A stretch of 64,000 nt of DNA from Ignavibacteriota bacterium (GCA_025358305.1 JANYJZ010000012.1:9022-73021); one strand, 5' to 3'. Counted from the stretch's first letter, positions 20,510 through 30,433 are shown. Numbers and translations: made by a program. Notes: generated from the sequence alone by a model not told the origin.

Positions 20510-22774
20510 TTACGGCTTCTCGAGTCCTACTTTCCGCAGCAGTTCATGATATCGTGGGTCGCCGTGAAATCTACGCATTTTCCGGTCAACCTTCAGGTTC
20601 ACCAAGGTCTCCGACCGGATCGCGTACGCCTTGTCGAGCCACTCGAACGCCCGGTCCATCTCTCCGAACTCCGCGTAGATGATCGCGGCCGCCCTGTAGA
20701 GCGGTCCGGCGATCTCGCCTTCGGCGAACGCCTTCGCGAGCAGCGCTTCCGCCTCCGCCCTGTTCCCCGCCGCCGCGTGGACGTAGGCGTTCCAGACATG
20801 CCCTTCCTGAGCGTTCCCGGTGAGCTTCGCCCAGCGCTCGTTCTCGGCGATCGCCTCGCGGATCATCCCTTTTCCCTGGTAGGCGACGGCGAATAGACGG
20901 TACGCCACCACGAAGTTCGGGTCGATCTCGAGCGTCTTCTTCCCGTACTCGATCGCCTCGTCGTACCGCCCGGCGTAGTAGTACATCATGCCGAGGTCCT
21001 TCAGAATGGCCGGAGAGAGCGGGTCGAGCTTCGCGGCGATCGTCATTTCGGCGATCGCCTCGTCGACGCGGTCCATCGCAAGGAACCACTCGGCGTACCA
21101 GTGGTGCGCCGTGGCGTAGTTCGGGTTCAGGTAGATCGAGAGCCGGAACTCCTTCTCGGCCTTCGCCCAGTCCCAGTCGTAGAGCATGATGAGGCTCGCC
21201 AGGGAGGCCCTGGCCTCCCCCAGCTGGTCGTCGAGCTCGAGCGCCCGGGTGACGGCCGCCTTCGCCTTGGGGTAGGTGTCCTGGCGGGAGACTCCCGGAT
21301 GCTCGACGAGGATGTTGTAGGCGTCCGCGAGCCCGGCCCACGCCTGCGGATAGAGCGGATCGGCGTCGATCGCTTCGGTGAAGAACCGTATCGCCGCAAG
21401 GATCCCCTTCTTGTTGCGCTTGTTCCAGAAGAACCGGCCCTTCAAATACAACTGATACGCCTCGGTGTTCTTCGTCGAGCGGCGCTTGAGCTTCTTCTTC
21501 TCCCCCGGGGTGAGCCGGAGCTTCAGGGCCTTGACGATCTTGGCGGCGACGGTCTCCTGGATGTCGAAGATGTCGTCCATCGTCCCCCGGAACGTCTCCG
21601 ACCACTGGTAGCTGTCCTTGCTCGCGTCGACGAGCTGCGTCGTGATGCGCAAGTTCTTCCCCGCCTTCCGGATGCTCCCTTCCAGGAGATACTGCACGCC
21701 GAGGTCGGCGGCGATCTCCTTCGAGGTCTTCTCCGAGCGGTCGTACTGCACGACCGACGTCCTGGAGAGGACCCTGAGGGTCCCGAGCTTCGACAAATTG
21801 GCGGTGATCTCCTCGGTGAGGCCGTCGCTGAAGTACTTGTTGTCCTTCTCCGGGCTGATGTCGGCGAACGGCAGGACGGCGATCGACCGGACGGCGGCGG
21901 CGGCCGGGTTCTTCAGGCCCGATTCGAGGCGCTTGAGATCGTCGATGAGCGCGCCGGCGTCGGGGAACCGGACTGCCGGGATCTTTTCGAGGCACCGGTC
22001 GATGATCTTCTGGAGCACGTCCGGGATCTCTATCCCGAGTTCGGCGGCGGAGCGGTGCTTGTCGTGCGTGATGGCGTACATGAGCGCCTGGGGATACTCT
22101 CCCGCGAAGGGGCGGGCTCCCGCGACCATCTCCGAAAGAATGACCCCGAACGACCAGAGGTCGCTCTCGCGGCCGATCTCCCCTCCCTGCACCTGTTCCG
22201 GCGACATGTAGGCGATGGTGCCGGCGAAGACGCCGTCGAGGGACCCGGCCGCACGATCGGCGCTCCGGGCCAGGCCGAAGTCGGTGATCTTCGGGACCTC
22301 GTCCGCGGTCAGGAGAATGTTCTCCGGCTTCATGTCGGCGTGGACGACCGACTTCTTGTGGGCCGCCTGAAGGCCCGCGGCGATCTGGAGGGCGATCTTT
22401 ATCGCCTTTGGCAGGGGTATCGGGCCGGCGTCGATCCAGGACCGCAGGCTTCGCCCTTCGACGTACTCCATGACGAGGAACTCCTCACCCTGGGCTTCAT
22501 GGACGTCAAAAACGGAGCAGATATTGGGATGGTTGATCGCGGCGGCCGAGCGCGCCTCCCGCAGGAGCTGCGTGTGATCTTCCGCCGAGCCGGAATCGGC
22601 CGGGGGAAGGAACTTCAGCGCGACGACGCGGTCCAGCCTGGTGTCGTGCGCCTTATAGACGACGCCCATGCCCCCTTCGCCGAGCTTTTCGAGGATCTTG
22701 TATTGCGAGATCGTTCTGCCGATCGTTGGATCCGGCACCCTTCCAGTGGGGTACTGATGCCAAACCTGTTCCAT
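20510..22774 (-). CDS. serine/threonine protein kinase with TolB-N-like domain and TPR repeats (paralog B, non-RD: HADMKPENIL)
   Basis: Same architecture as paralog A. The catalytic loop is VHADMKPENILL (Arg of the HRD motif replaced by Ala). DFG and SPE are present. The TolB-N-like segment is SIAVLPFADISPEKDNKYFSDGLTEEITANL.., followed by TPRs. Confidence 0.9.
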   Translation of the reverse strand: MEQVWHQYPTGRVPDPTIGRTISQYKILEKLGEGGMGVVYKAHDTRLDRVVALKFLPPADSGSAEDHTQLLREARSAAAINHPNICSVFDVHEAQGEEFLVMEYVEGRSLRSWIDAGPIPLPKAIKIALQIAAGLQAAHKKSVVHADMKPENILLTADEVPKITDFGLARSADRAAGSLDGVFAGTIAYMSPEQVQGGEIGRESDLWSFGVILSEMVAGARPFAGEYPQALMYAITHDKHRSAAELGIEIPDVLQKIIDRCLEKIPAVRFPDAGALIDDLKRLESGLKNPAAAAVRSIAVLPFADISPEKDNKYFSDGLTEEITANLSKLGTLRVLSRTSVVQYDRSEKTSKEIAADLGVQYLLEGSIRKAGKNLRITTQLVDASKDSYQWSETFRGTMDDIFDIQETVAAKIVKALKLRLTPGEKKKLKRRSTKNTEAYQLYLKGRFFWNKRNKKGILAAIRFFTEAIDADPLYPQAWAGLADAYNILVEHPGVSRQDTYPKAKAAVTRALELDDQLGEARASLASLIMLYDWDWAKAEKEFRLSIYLNPNYATAHHWYAEWFLAMDRVDEAIAEMTIAAKLDPLSPAILKDLGMMYYYAGRYDEAIEYGKKTLEIDPNFVVAYRLFAVAYQGKGMIREAIAENERWAKLTGNAQEGHVWNAYVHAAAGNRAEAEALLAKAFAEGEIAGPLYRAAAIIYAEFGEMDRAFEWLDKAYAIRSETLVNLKVDRKMRRFHGDPRYHELLRKVGLEKP

Positions 22775-22775
22775 C

Positions 22776-22804
22776 TTGACATTAAGTAATACATTTGTTA
22801 TAAT
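22776..22804 (+). promoter_or_regulatory. consensus sigma-70 promoter TTGACA-N17-TATAAT for the mazE/doc pair
   Basis: TTGACA at 22776-22781, a 17-nt spacer, then TATAAT at 22799-22804. This is 27 nt before the antitoxin ATG at 22831, with an AAAAGG RBS between them. Confidence 0.55.
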
Positions 22805-22830
22805 TCAAGAAACATCAAAAGGTCTCGCAT

Positions 22831-23055
22831 ATGCTTAAAACCACGATTCGCCGTGTCGGCAACAGCCTCGGAATTACACTGCCGAAGACAATCGTCGAGA
22901 ACTATCATCTCGCCGAAGGCGATGAATTTCATCTCGTTGAAACAAGAGAGGGTGTCATACTTACACCATTCAGTCCAAAATTCGCTGAATGGGTCAAGGA
23001 ATATGAGCGCACCAATAAGAAGTTCCGCAACACGCTCAACGCGCTTGCAAAGTAA
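22831..23055 (+). CDS. AbrB/MazE/SpoVT-family antitoxin (Phd-like partner of Doc)
   Basis: The 74 aa protein has MLKTTIRRVGNSLGITLPKTIVENYHLAEGDEFHLVE, a swapped-hairpin AbrB/MazE-type fold signature. Its stop overlaps the Doc start. GC is low. Confidence 0.8.
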   Translation: MLKTTIRRVGNSLGITLPKTIVENYHLAEGDEFHLVETREGVILTPFSPKFAEWVKEYERTNKKFRNTLNALAK

Positions 23056-23453
23056 TGGCTACACGTTTTATACCCACCGACATCGTCCTGATCATTCACA
23101 CCTCCCTGCTCCAGCAGTACGGCGGCGAACCGGGTCTCAGGGACGCTGGCCTGCTTGATTCCGCACTCGCGCAGCCATCGATGTCGTTTGGCGGAAAGTA
23201 CACGCACAAGACGCTATTCGACAAAGCCGCTGCATACGGCTTTCATGTCTGCAAGAATCATCCATTCGTGGACGGAAACAAACGTGTTGCCCTCGCCTTG
23301 ATGGATATCTTTCTTCAGAAGAATGGATGGGAAATATCGTCGTCCGAGGAGGAAGCGTACACTATGATGATGGATCTCGCTTCCGGGCAGCTGCGAAAAT
23401 CCCAACTCTCCGCCTGGCTTAAACAGCACTGCTCACGGTTGCCCCGCAACTGA
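23055..23453 (+). CDS. doc: type II toxin Doc (death-on-curing, Fic/Doc family)
   Basis: A 132 aa protein with the Fic/Doc motif HPFVDGNKRVALA. Its ATG overlaps the antitoxin stop. Confidence 0.9.
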   Translation: MATRFIPTDIVLIIHTSLLQQYGGEPGLRDAGLLDSALAQPSMSFGGKYTHKTLFDKAAAYGFHVCKNHPFVDGNKRVALALMDIFLQKNGWEISSSEEEAYTMMMDLASGQLRKSQLSAWLKQHCSRLPRN

Positions 23454-23473
23454 GGTCCATTCGGGGGAAGAGC

Positions 23474-23956
23474 CTACGCCTCCGACACCAATTTCTCCAG
23501 GTCGAGCGGGTGCGTGAACATCTCCAGCGAGCCGTCCGGCTGCAGGGGCCACTCGTCCTTCGGCCGGTCTCGGTAGAGCTCGACGCCGTTCCCGTCCGGG
23601 TCGTCGAGATACACGGCCTCCGAGACGCCGTGATCCGAGGCGCCCGTCAAAGGGTAGCCCGCATCGACAAGCCTCTTGACCGCCACCGCGAGGTCCTTCC
23701 GCGTCGGGAAGACGATCGCCGTGTGAAAGAGCCCCGCGCTCCGGACCGGGGCCGGGGGCGCGCCCTTCGAGTACCAGGTATTGAGCCCGATATGGTGGTG
23801 GTAGCCGCCGGCGCTGAGGAAGACCGCCTGGTCGCCGTAGTGCATCGTCACCTCGAACCCGAGGAGATCTCTGTAGAAGGCGATCGAGCGCTTCAGATCG
23901 GCGACCTTCAAGTGCACATGCCCGATGTGGGTCTTGGGTGGAATAACGTAGGTCAT
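23474..23956 (-). CDS. VOC-family (glyoxalase/extradiol dioxygenase-like) protein
   Basis: ORF 23474..24097. The start is placed at the in-frame ATG at 23954-23956 (MTYVIPPKTHIGHVHLKVADLKRSIAFYRDLLGFEV..). The upstream TTG-initiated extension looks non-coding. Confidence 0.75.
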   Translation of the reverse strand: MTYVIPPKTHIGHVHLKVADLKRSIAFYRDLLGFEVTMHYGDQAVFLSAGGYHHHIGLNTWYSKGAPPAPVRSAGLFHTAIVFPTRKDLAVAVKRLVDAGYPLTGASDHGVSEAVYLDDPDGNGVELYRDRPKDEWPLQPDGSLEMFTHPLDLEKLVSEA

Positions 23957-24115
23957 ACCTCCATTGTACGAAAGAATCGACCCTTTTTCAACCCCTCGGC
24001 CGGGCCAGCAATCTTGAGACTCAGTAAAACTTTTTGTATCTTTCTCTCCGTCATTTCCCCCCTTTTCGTCCCGACGGGGGCTTCTTAAGTTCATCAACTC
24101 GAAAGGCTTCGCCCT

Positions 24116-24595
24116 GTGGAACGCGGAATCACCCTACTCTTCCATTTTCTCGGTTTTGGCCTCCTCATGACCGCCACGGTCGCCGGGTTCATCCTCGACC
24201 GGCAGTACCGCAAGGCCACGGACCTGAAGTCGAAGGCGACCATCCTCAGGTCCTCGAGACCCATCGGCATCATCAGCCCCATCGGCATCCTCATCCAGCT
24301 TCTTACGGGCATCGGCAACATGCATAACCTCGGCCTCAGTCTCATGGACACCGGGTGGCTCGCCTGGAAGATCATGTTCTTCGCCATCGCCTCGATCAGC
24401 GGCATCCTCTTCGGCATCACCGCGCGCAAGCGCGGCGCGCTCGTCGGTCAGATGGCCGCCGGCACGCCGCCGGCGGACGCGGAGAAGATCTTGAAGGGGT
24501 TCGACAACCAGATGTCGCTCTTCTATGTCGTCATGCCGATCCTGATGCTTCTGATCCTCTCGCTCTCGATCTACGGCCGATTGGGAGGGCAATAA
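24116..24595 (+). CDS. hypothetical integral membrane protein (4 predicted TM helices)
   Basis: The 159 aa protein is hydrophobic with four predicted TM helices. It is co-directional with and abuts the ALDH gene. Confidence 0.5.
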   Translation: MERGITLLFHFLGFGLLMTATVAGFILDRQYRKATDLKSKATILRSSRPIGIISPIGILIQLLTGIGNMHNLGLSLMDTGWLAWKIMFFAIASISGILFGITARKRGALVGQMAAGTPPADAEKILKGFDNQMSLFYVVMPILMLLILSLSIYGRLGGQ

Positions 24596-24597
24596 GC

Positions 24598-26100
24598 GTG
24601 CGCGAGTACGGACTCTATATCGACGGCACTTTTTCACCGGCCGCATCGGGCCAGACGTTCGACTCGGTCAATCCGTTCAACCAGTCGGTCGTCGCAACGC
24701 TCGCCCGCGCCGGCTCAGCCGACGCCGACCGGGCCGTCCGCGCAGCCCGCAGCGCCTTTGACAATGGCCCTTGGACGAAGATGTCCAAGGAAGAGCGCAG
24801 CGCGCTCCTCAAAGCCGTCGCCGACAAGATCACCGAAAAGAAAGCGCTCTTCGAGACTCTCGAGGTCGAAGACTCCGGCGGAACGATCAAGAAGGTGAAG
24901 GAAGACGTCTACCTGAGCGCCCGGGCGATGAGCCTCTTTTCCAAGATGGCCTTGACCGACCCGCTCGAGCAGCTCGACGGCGTCTCCCGGCCCGGCTTTT
25001 CACAGAATTATCTCCTTCGGGAGCCCGTCGGCGTCGTCGCTGCCGTCACTCCCTGGAACTTTCCCTTGAAGATGGCCGTCTGGAAGCTCGGACCGGCCCT
25101 TGCGGCCGGGAACACCGTCGTCCTGAAGCCCTCGGAGCTCGCACCCTGCTCGGCCATGGAGCTCGCGCAGATCTTTCACGATGCAGGATTTCCCAAAGGA
25201 GTGGTGAACATCATACCGGGGTTCGGCGAAGAGGCTGGAGCGCCGCTCGCCGCCCATCCGATGGTCGACAAAGTGACATTCACCGGCTCCACAGCCGTCG
25301 GACGGAAGATCATGGCTGCAGCGGCCGCAACGTTAAAAAAGTGCACGCTCGAGTGCGGCGGCAAGTCGGCGAACATCGTCTTAGGCGACGCCGACCTCTC
25401 GATCGCCCTCGACGGCGCCCTCTACGCGATCTTCTACCATCAGGGCCAGTGCTGCGAGGCGGGAACGCGGCTGTTCCTTCCAACGGCCATGCACGACGAC
25501 TTCGTTGCGAAAATGGTCGACAAGGCCCGCAGGATGAAGCTCGGCGACCCGACGGACCCTGCGACCGACATCGGCCCCGTCATCAGCGCCAAGCAGCGCG
25601 ATACGATACTGAGATACATCGAAAGCGGCATGAAGCAGGGGGCGATGCTCGCCACCGGCGGCAGCGCGCCGAAGGATCCGGCGCTCGCAAAAGGCAACTT
25701 CGTCGAACCGACGATCTTCACCGGCGTCCGGAACGACATGACGATCGCCCAGGAAGAGATCTTCGGGCCGGTGCTTTCGGTGATACCCTACACTGACGCT
25801 GACGACGCCGTGCGCCAGGCGAACGCGTCGATCTACGGCCTCGCCGCCGGCGTCTGGTCGCGCGACAAGGAGAAGGCCGCGGCCGTCGCCCGACGCTTGC
25901 GAGCTGGCACCGTCTGGATCAACGAATGGCACCTCATGAACGAAAAGGCCCCCTTCGGCGGCTACAAGCAGAGCGGCGTCGGCCGCGAGTTCGGCCTGGA
26001 GGGGCTCCACGAGTACAGCGAAGCGAAGCACGTTCACGTCGACGAGGCGGGCTTGCGGGAAAAGCGCCCCTGGTACGACACCGTCATCCCGAAATCGTAG
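24598..26100 (+). CDS. NAD(P)-dependent aldehyde dehydrogenase family protein
   Basis: The ORF frame 24355..26100 is used. The GTG at 24598 (VREYGLYIDGTF..) follows the previous stop by 2 nt. ALDH motifs are present: VTFTGSTAVGRKI, catalytic Cys in QGQCCEAG, and ELGGKS-like TLECGGKSANIV. Confidence 0.9.
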   Translation: MREYGLYIDGTFSPAASGQTFDSVNPFNQSVVATLARAGSADADRAVRAARSAFDNGPWTKMSKEERSALLKAVADKITEKKALFETLEVEDSGGTIKKVKEDVYLSARAMSLFSKMALTDPLEQLDGVSRPGFSQNYLLREPVGVVAAVTPWNFPLKMAVWKLGPALAAGNTVVLKPSELAPCSAMELAQIFHDAGFPKGVVNIIPGFGEEAGAPLAAHPMVDKVTFTGSTAVGRKIMAAAAATLKKCTLECGGKSANIVLGDADLSIALDGALYAIFYHQGQCCEAGTRLFLPTAMHDDFVAKMVDKARRMKLGDPTDPATDIGPVISAKQRDTILRYIESGMKQGAMLATGGSAPKDPALAKGNFVEPTIFTGVRNDMTIAQEEIFGPVLSVIPYTDADDAVRQANASIYGLAAGVWSRDKEKAAAVARRLRAGTVWINEWHLMNEKAPFGGYKQSGVGREFGLEGLHEYSEAKHVHVDEAGLREKRPWYDTVIPKS

Positions 26101-26131
26101 CATCATCCATCATTCACACGGAGACACCATC

Positions 26132-27133
26132 ATGAAATCGATTCTTGCAGCGTCCCTCTTGTTCGCGTTCATCCTCGCCGGCTGCTCGAAGCCGCCCGTG
26201 ACCCCCTTGGCGGTGGGCGAGATGAACGACTACCGCGACGTGGGATACGGCTTCAAGTTGAAGTACCCCAAGGAGTGGAAGCAGATGGGCACCGCCGGCG
26301 CCGCGGTCTTCGCCGCGAGCCAGGACGTCGTCGACAAGTTCCAGGACCCCGCCTCGGGCCTTGAAGGAGGCAAAGTGAGCGCCTCGATCATCAAGCTCGA
26401 AGGCAAGACTGCCGCCGAGATCACCGCGGCAGGCAAGGACGAGCTGAAGCAGACCTGGCAGACCGTCGAGGTCCAGTCCGACGCCCCCATGACGATCTCG
26501 GGCAAGCAGGCCGTCCTGGTGAGGTACAGCGTCCCGGTCACCTCGAAGAAGAAGATCTACGGCGCGGACTTCTACGTCGCCGGCGACACGGCCGTGTACA
26601 AGCTCTCCACCATGGCGTTCGGCGAGGACCAGGCGACGATCAACTCCGCGATCTTCGACGCGATGGTCAACTCGTTCGAGATCCCGGTCGTCGTCGCGAA
26701 GGTCGCCGATCGGTGGAATGCTTCTGCGAATATGGAGACCTACAAATCCGACTACTTCACGATGCAGTACCCCGACAATCTGGAGTTCGTCCAGGTCGCG
26801 AAAGGCGACAAGGACCTCGCGATGGAGATGCGGGCCGACCGGCGCGACTGTTCGATCCATATCGACGTGTTCGGCGCCAAGAAGCTCACCGTCGACAAGG
26901 TCTGGGACCAGAACAAGGGGAAGTACAAGGCGAAGGGGACCGGCAATACGACCATCGACGGCGAAAAGGCCTTCTGGGTCGATTATACGCCGATGGCGAG
27001 CATCTCGAGCCGCGCGTATTTCGTGGTGAAGAACGACAAGGTCATCCGGACGACGGTCAACTACTTCGCCCCCCAGAAGGACATCTATTTCACGGTCTTT
27101 GAAAACTCTGTCAAATCCATCAAACTGAAGTAG
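26132..27133 (+). CDS. hypothetical lipoprotein with two repeated beta-rich domains
   Basis: Signal peptide plus lipobox (FILAGC|S). The sequence has an internal repeat (..YKLSTMAFGE.. / ..YFVVKNDKVIRT..). Confidence 0.6.
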   Translation: MKSILAASLLFAFILAGCSKPPVTPLAVGEMNDYRDVGYGFKLKYPKEWKQMGTAGAAVFAASQDVVDKFQDPASGLEGGKVSASIIKLEGKTAAEITAAGKDELKQTWQTVEVQSDAPMTISGKQAVLVRYSVPVTSKKKIYGADFYVAGDTAVYKLSTMAFGEDQATINSAIFDAMVNSFEIPVVVAKVADRWNASANMETYKSDYFTMQYPDNLEFVQVAKGDKDLAMEMRADRRDCSIHIDVFGAKKLTVDKVWDQNKGKYKAKGTGNTTIDGEKAFWVDYTPMASISSRAYFVVKNDKVIRTTVNYFAPQKDIYFTVFENSVKSIKLK

Positions 27134-27147
27134 CCTGACGCTAAGGT

Positions 27148-27182
27148 CCGCGCCCCGTTCAAGACGGGGCGCGGCCGATTTT
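27148..27182 (+). terminator. rho-independent terminator
   Basis: The stem CCGCGCCCCG (27148-27157), loop TTCAAGA and stem CGGGGCGCGG (27165-27174) are followed by CCGATTTT. It begins 15 nt after the lipoprotein stop. Confidence 0.6.
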
Positions 27183-27226
27183 AGGACGCTTCAGACCCGC
27201 TCACACACGATAACAACGGAAATACC

Positions 27227-28936
27227 ATGGACATCAAGCACCGGACCGTCCTCGTCCTCGGCGGAGGCGGATTGGTCGGATCAGCGATCTGCCGTAAACT
27301 CGTAGAAGAAGGGCCGAAACGTATCATCGTGACGGCCCTTGTTCGTTCTGAGGCGGAAGAGGGCGTCAAAGCCCTCCGCAAAGAGTTCCCCAACAAGCCC
27401 GCGTCGTACTTCGTCCCCTGGTGGGGCAACATCTTCGTGCGCCATGACCTCAAGGATATGCGGCGCGAGGACATCCTCGACGACCCGAAACTGCGCGCCA
27501 CTCTTGTCGGCGACATGCTCGACGAACTGAACGAGAAGAAGCTCGAGCAGACGACGCTCTACCGGCTCCTCAGAACGTACAAGCCCGACATCATCATCGA
27601 CGGGATCAATTCCGCGACCGCGATCGCCTACCAGGACATCTTCCAGACGGCGCGCGGACTCCTCCAGACCCTCAATAGCGGCGCCGTGGCTCCAAAGGCC
27701 TCGGCCGTGAAGGAATCCGCCGAGCGCCTCCTCTGCACGCTCTACGTGCCCCAACTCATCCGCCACGTGCAGATCCTCTACCGGTCGATGCATTTATTCA
27801 AGACGACGATCTACGTCAAGATCGGCACGAGCGGCACGGGCGGCATGGGCTTGAATATCCCCTACACGCACAGCGAGGAGCGCCCCTCGAGCGTGCTCTT
27901 GTCAAAATCAAGCGTAGCGGGCGCCCATACGCTCTTGTTGTTCCTCATGGGCCGCACGCCCGACGCGCCGATCACGAAAGAGATCAAGCCCACGGCCGCC
28001 ATCGCCTGGAAGCGCGTCGCGTACGGGGAGATCCGGAAGCGCGGGAAGCCGATCGAACTCTTCGACTGCCCCCCGGCGAAGGGATTGAAGCTCGGCACGA
28101 CCATGCCCTTGAACATGAAGAACTTCGCCACGCCGATGCACGACACGCTGAAATCCGTCTTCATCGACACGGGCGAGAACGGCCTCTTTTCCCGGGGCGA
28201 GTTCGAGGCCATCTCCACGCCGGGACAGATGGAGTTCGTCACGCCGGAGGAGATCGCCGACGACGTCGTCTACGAGATCAAGGGAGGAAACACCGGCCGG
28301 GACATCATCAATGCGCTCGACAACGCCACCCTCTCCCCCACCTACCGGGCGGGATACTTATTTCAAAGCGCCAACAATCAGATCATCGAGCTCGAGAAGA
28401 AGCACAAGGTCGACAGCGTCGCCTTCGAGATGCTCGGGCCGCCGCGCCTCTCGAAACTGCTCTACGAGGCGTACCTGTTGAAACTCACCTGCCGGTCGAT
28501 CTCGGGGGCCGCGCGGCAGAATCCGGCGGCGCTCTCGAAGGGCCTCGCGCGCCTTATTACCAAGAACAAGAAGCTCCGAGTGCAGATCATCTCGATCGGG
28601 ATACCGATCTTGATGCCCGACGGCAAGACGCTCGTCCGGGGGAACTCCATCAAGATCCCCCCTCCCCAAGCCGATAACAGCGTGCCGGTGACCAGCAAGA
28701 ACATCAACCACTGGGCGCACGACGGGTGGGTCGACCTCCGGCCGGCCAACATGAAGGTCTGGGTCGCGCGGCTCAAGAACATCATGAAGACGGCGAACGC
28801 CATCCCCGACGACTGCACCGGGTCCCGGTATCTCAATGACCGGAAGTTCTGGAACGATTTCAAAGAGATCGATCCGGGAAAGATCGCGGGCTGGATCTTC
28901 AGCTACGAGGAAAAAGGGATGCGCATGAAGGCGTAG
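27227..28936 (+). CDS. NAD(P)-binding Rossmann-fold protein of unknown function (569 aa)
   Basis: The N-terminal motif is TVLVLGGGGLVGSAICRKLVEEG. The large C-terminal region has no family I can name from the sequence alone. Confidence 0.55.
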   Translation: MDIKHRTVLVLGGGGLVGSAICRKLVEEGPKRIIVTALVRSEAEEGVKALRKEFPNKPASYFVPWWGNIFVRHDLKDMRREDILDDPKLRATLVGDMLDELNEKKLEQTTLYRLLRTYKPDIIIDGINSATAIAYQDIFQTARGLLQTLNSGAVAPKASAVKESAERLLCTLYVPQLIRHVQILYRSMHLFKTTIYVKIGTSGTGGMGLNIPYTHSEERPSSVLLSKSSVAGAHTLLLFLMGRTPDAPITKEIKPTAAIAWKRVAYGEIRKRGKPIELFDCPPAKGLKLGTTMPLNMKNFATPMHDTLKSVFIDTGENGLFSRGEFEAISTPGQMEFVTPEEIADDVVYEIKGGNTGRDIINALDNATLSPTYRAGYLFQSANNQIIELEKKHKVDSVAFEMLGPPRLSKLLYEAYLLKLTCRSISGAARQNPAALSKGLARLITKNKKLRVQIISIGIPILMPDGKTLVRGNSIKIPPPQADNSVPVTSKNINHWAHDGWVDLRPANMKVWVARLKNIMKTANAIPDDCTGSRYLNDRKFWNDFKEIDPGKIAGWIFSYEEKGMRMKA

Positions 28937-28960
28937 AGAGCATCAGGATGGAACGACAAA

Positions 28961-28998
28961 GCCCTCCGGCAGCCTGGCTGCCGGAGGGCTTTTCATTT
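28961..28998. terminator. bidirectional hairpin terminator between convergent genes
   Basis: GCCCTCCGGCAGCC / GGCTGCCGGAGGGC inverted repeat (28961-28989) followed by TTTTCATTT. A T-rich run is also present on the opposite strand. It lies between the stop of 27227..28936 (+) and the stop of 29015..30433 (-). Confidence 0.55.
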
Positions 28999-29014
28999 AC
29001 GGAGAAACGAACTC

Positions 29015-30433
29015 TTACTTCAGGAGCATCATCCGCCGAGTCTGCTGGTAGAAGGAACTCTGGTCGCCGACGCCCTGCGCGGAGATCTTGTAGAAGTAGA
29101 TCCCGGAGGTGAGCGCCGAGGCGTTGAACTCCACGCTCTGCTCTCCCTCGTCGAGTGACTCGTTGCTGTACAGGGTGGCGACCTCCTGGCCGAGCATGTT
29201 GTAGACCTTCAGCGTTACGAGGCTCGCTTCGGGGAGCGAGAACTCAAGGGTCGTCGTAGGGTTGAACGGGTTCGGATAGTTCTGACGCACTTCGAACTGC
29301 GCCGCCATTTCGTCGATCACGGACGCCTGGTTGCGCGGGACGGTGACCGGCGGGAGGCCGATGGTCGTATGGAGGAACGGCACGGCCGTGATGGGCTGCG
29401 CCCCGGCAAGGACGAAGGGTTCGAACGAGACCGCTTCGTACGGGCCGTTGAACGCCTGGTTGATCATCGAGAGGGTCTGGTCCTGGTTCACGTACGCCGT
29501 CGGGGAGTACTGGCCGCAGAACGTGAGCATTGAATCGCTCCGCAGGGCGATCTGGCGGATCGTCAGGCCGTTATTCGGATCGGAGCCGTCGGACGGATTG
29601 CTGTAGAGGAGGTCGCCCAAGCGGCTTTCCGCCGGGTCGGTCGGCTCGGTGACGGAGCCGTCGTTCGCCAGCACCGCGAGCTTCAGGGCGTGGAGTTCGC
29701 CTTCAAGGTGGTTGTTATGCTTCTTCGCCGTAAGGTTCTTTTTGACGCCGATGAACGGCTTCATCTCTCCGGAGCTCGCGACGATGTGGTCGAAGCAGCG
29801 CGGCGCGCCGGTCTGGGGGAATTCGCTCTTCGTGTAGGCGAGGTCCCGGATCATGCCGAATCCCTGATCTTTGTCCGTCGGGAGCCCGAGGGTCAGTCCG
29901 ACGGGACGGATGACGAGGTTCTTGTAGATGTAGAGGAGGACGTTGCCGCCGTTCGGCTGAATGAAGACCTGCGCGTCGGAGGTCGACTGGAGCTTGATGC
30001 CGGTGTTCGTCCGACGGACGCCGGCGGCGTCCGTCCACCACCAGAAGTTGACCTGCGTCCCGGGCTTCTTGGTGTCAAAGACGGCCGTAAAGGTGATCGA
30101 GTCGCCGCTGTTCACGCCGGGTCCCATGAGGTCGGCCACCATCTTGTTGATGGTCACCTTTGTGAAGTGGCCCGAATCCTCGATGGCAAGGACGGGAGCG
30201 CTGAAGATCGCGTGCATACCGTACACCGGCCCGAAGCGCGGGTTCACGAACGTGAAGCTCACGCGGCTGCCGAGGATCTTCCCCGCCTTGGCCTTCTTCT
30301 GCGCAAGGTCGTCCTGGAGGAACGTCCGGTACTTTGTCTGCGCGCTCGAGAGCGCGACGATGCAGAGTGTGAGGGCGACGAGCAGCAGCACAAACCGCCC
30401 CAGAATTCCCCGGGAATTGTTAGCGTGGCGCAT
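29015..30433 (-). CDS. secreted protein with type IX secretion system C-terminal sorting domain (Por_Secre_tail)
   Basis: ORF 29015..30517. The start is set at the ATG at 30431-30433 (MRHANNSRGILGRFVLLLVALTLCIVALSSAQ, a signal peptide). The C-terminus, NYPNPFNPTTTLEFSLPEASLVTLKVYNMLGQEVATLYS..GIYFYKISAQG, is a classic T9SS CTD. Confidence 0.75.
   Translation of the reverse strand: MRHANNSRGILGRFVLLLVALTLCIVALSSAQTKYRTFLQDDLAQKKAKAGKILGSRVSFTFVNPRFGPVYGMHAIFSAPVLAIEDSGHFTKVTINKMVADLMGPGVNSGDSITFTAVFDTKKPGTQVNFWWWTDAAGVRRTNTGIKLQSTSDAQVFIQPNGGNVLLYIYKNLVIRPVGLTLGLPTDKDQGFGMIRDLAYTKSEFPQTGAPRCFDHIVASSGEMKPFIGVKKNLTAKKHNNHLEGELHALKLAVLANDGSVTEPTDPAESRLGDLLYSNPSDGSDPNNGLTIRQIALRSDSMLTFCGQYSPTAYVNQDQTLSMINQAFNGPYEAVSFEPFVLAGAQPITAVPFLHTTIGLPPVTVPRNQASVIDEMAAQFEVRQNYPNPFNPTTTLEFSLPEASLVTLKVYNMLGQEVATLYSNESLDEGEQSVEFNASALTSGIYFYKISAQGVGDQSSFYQQTRRMMLLK

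Noticed and set aside
20586-22789. 469-aa (-) and 562-aa (+) ORFs
   Set aside because: They are an out-of-frame and an antisense shadow of kinase paralog B.
24771-25796. 341-aa plus-strand ORF
   Set aside because: It is an alternative frame inside the aldehyde dehydrogenase gene. The Arg-rich translation is an artefact.
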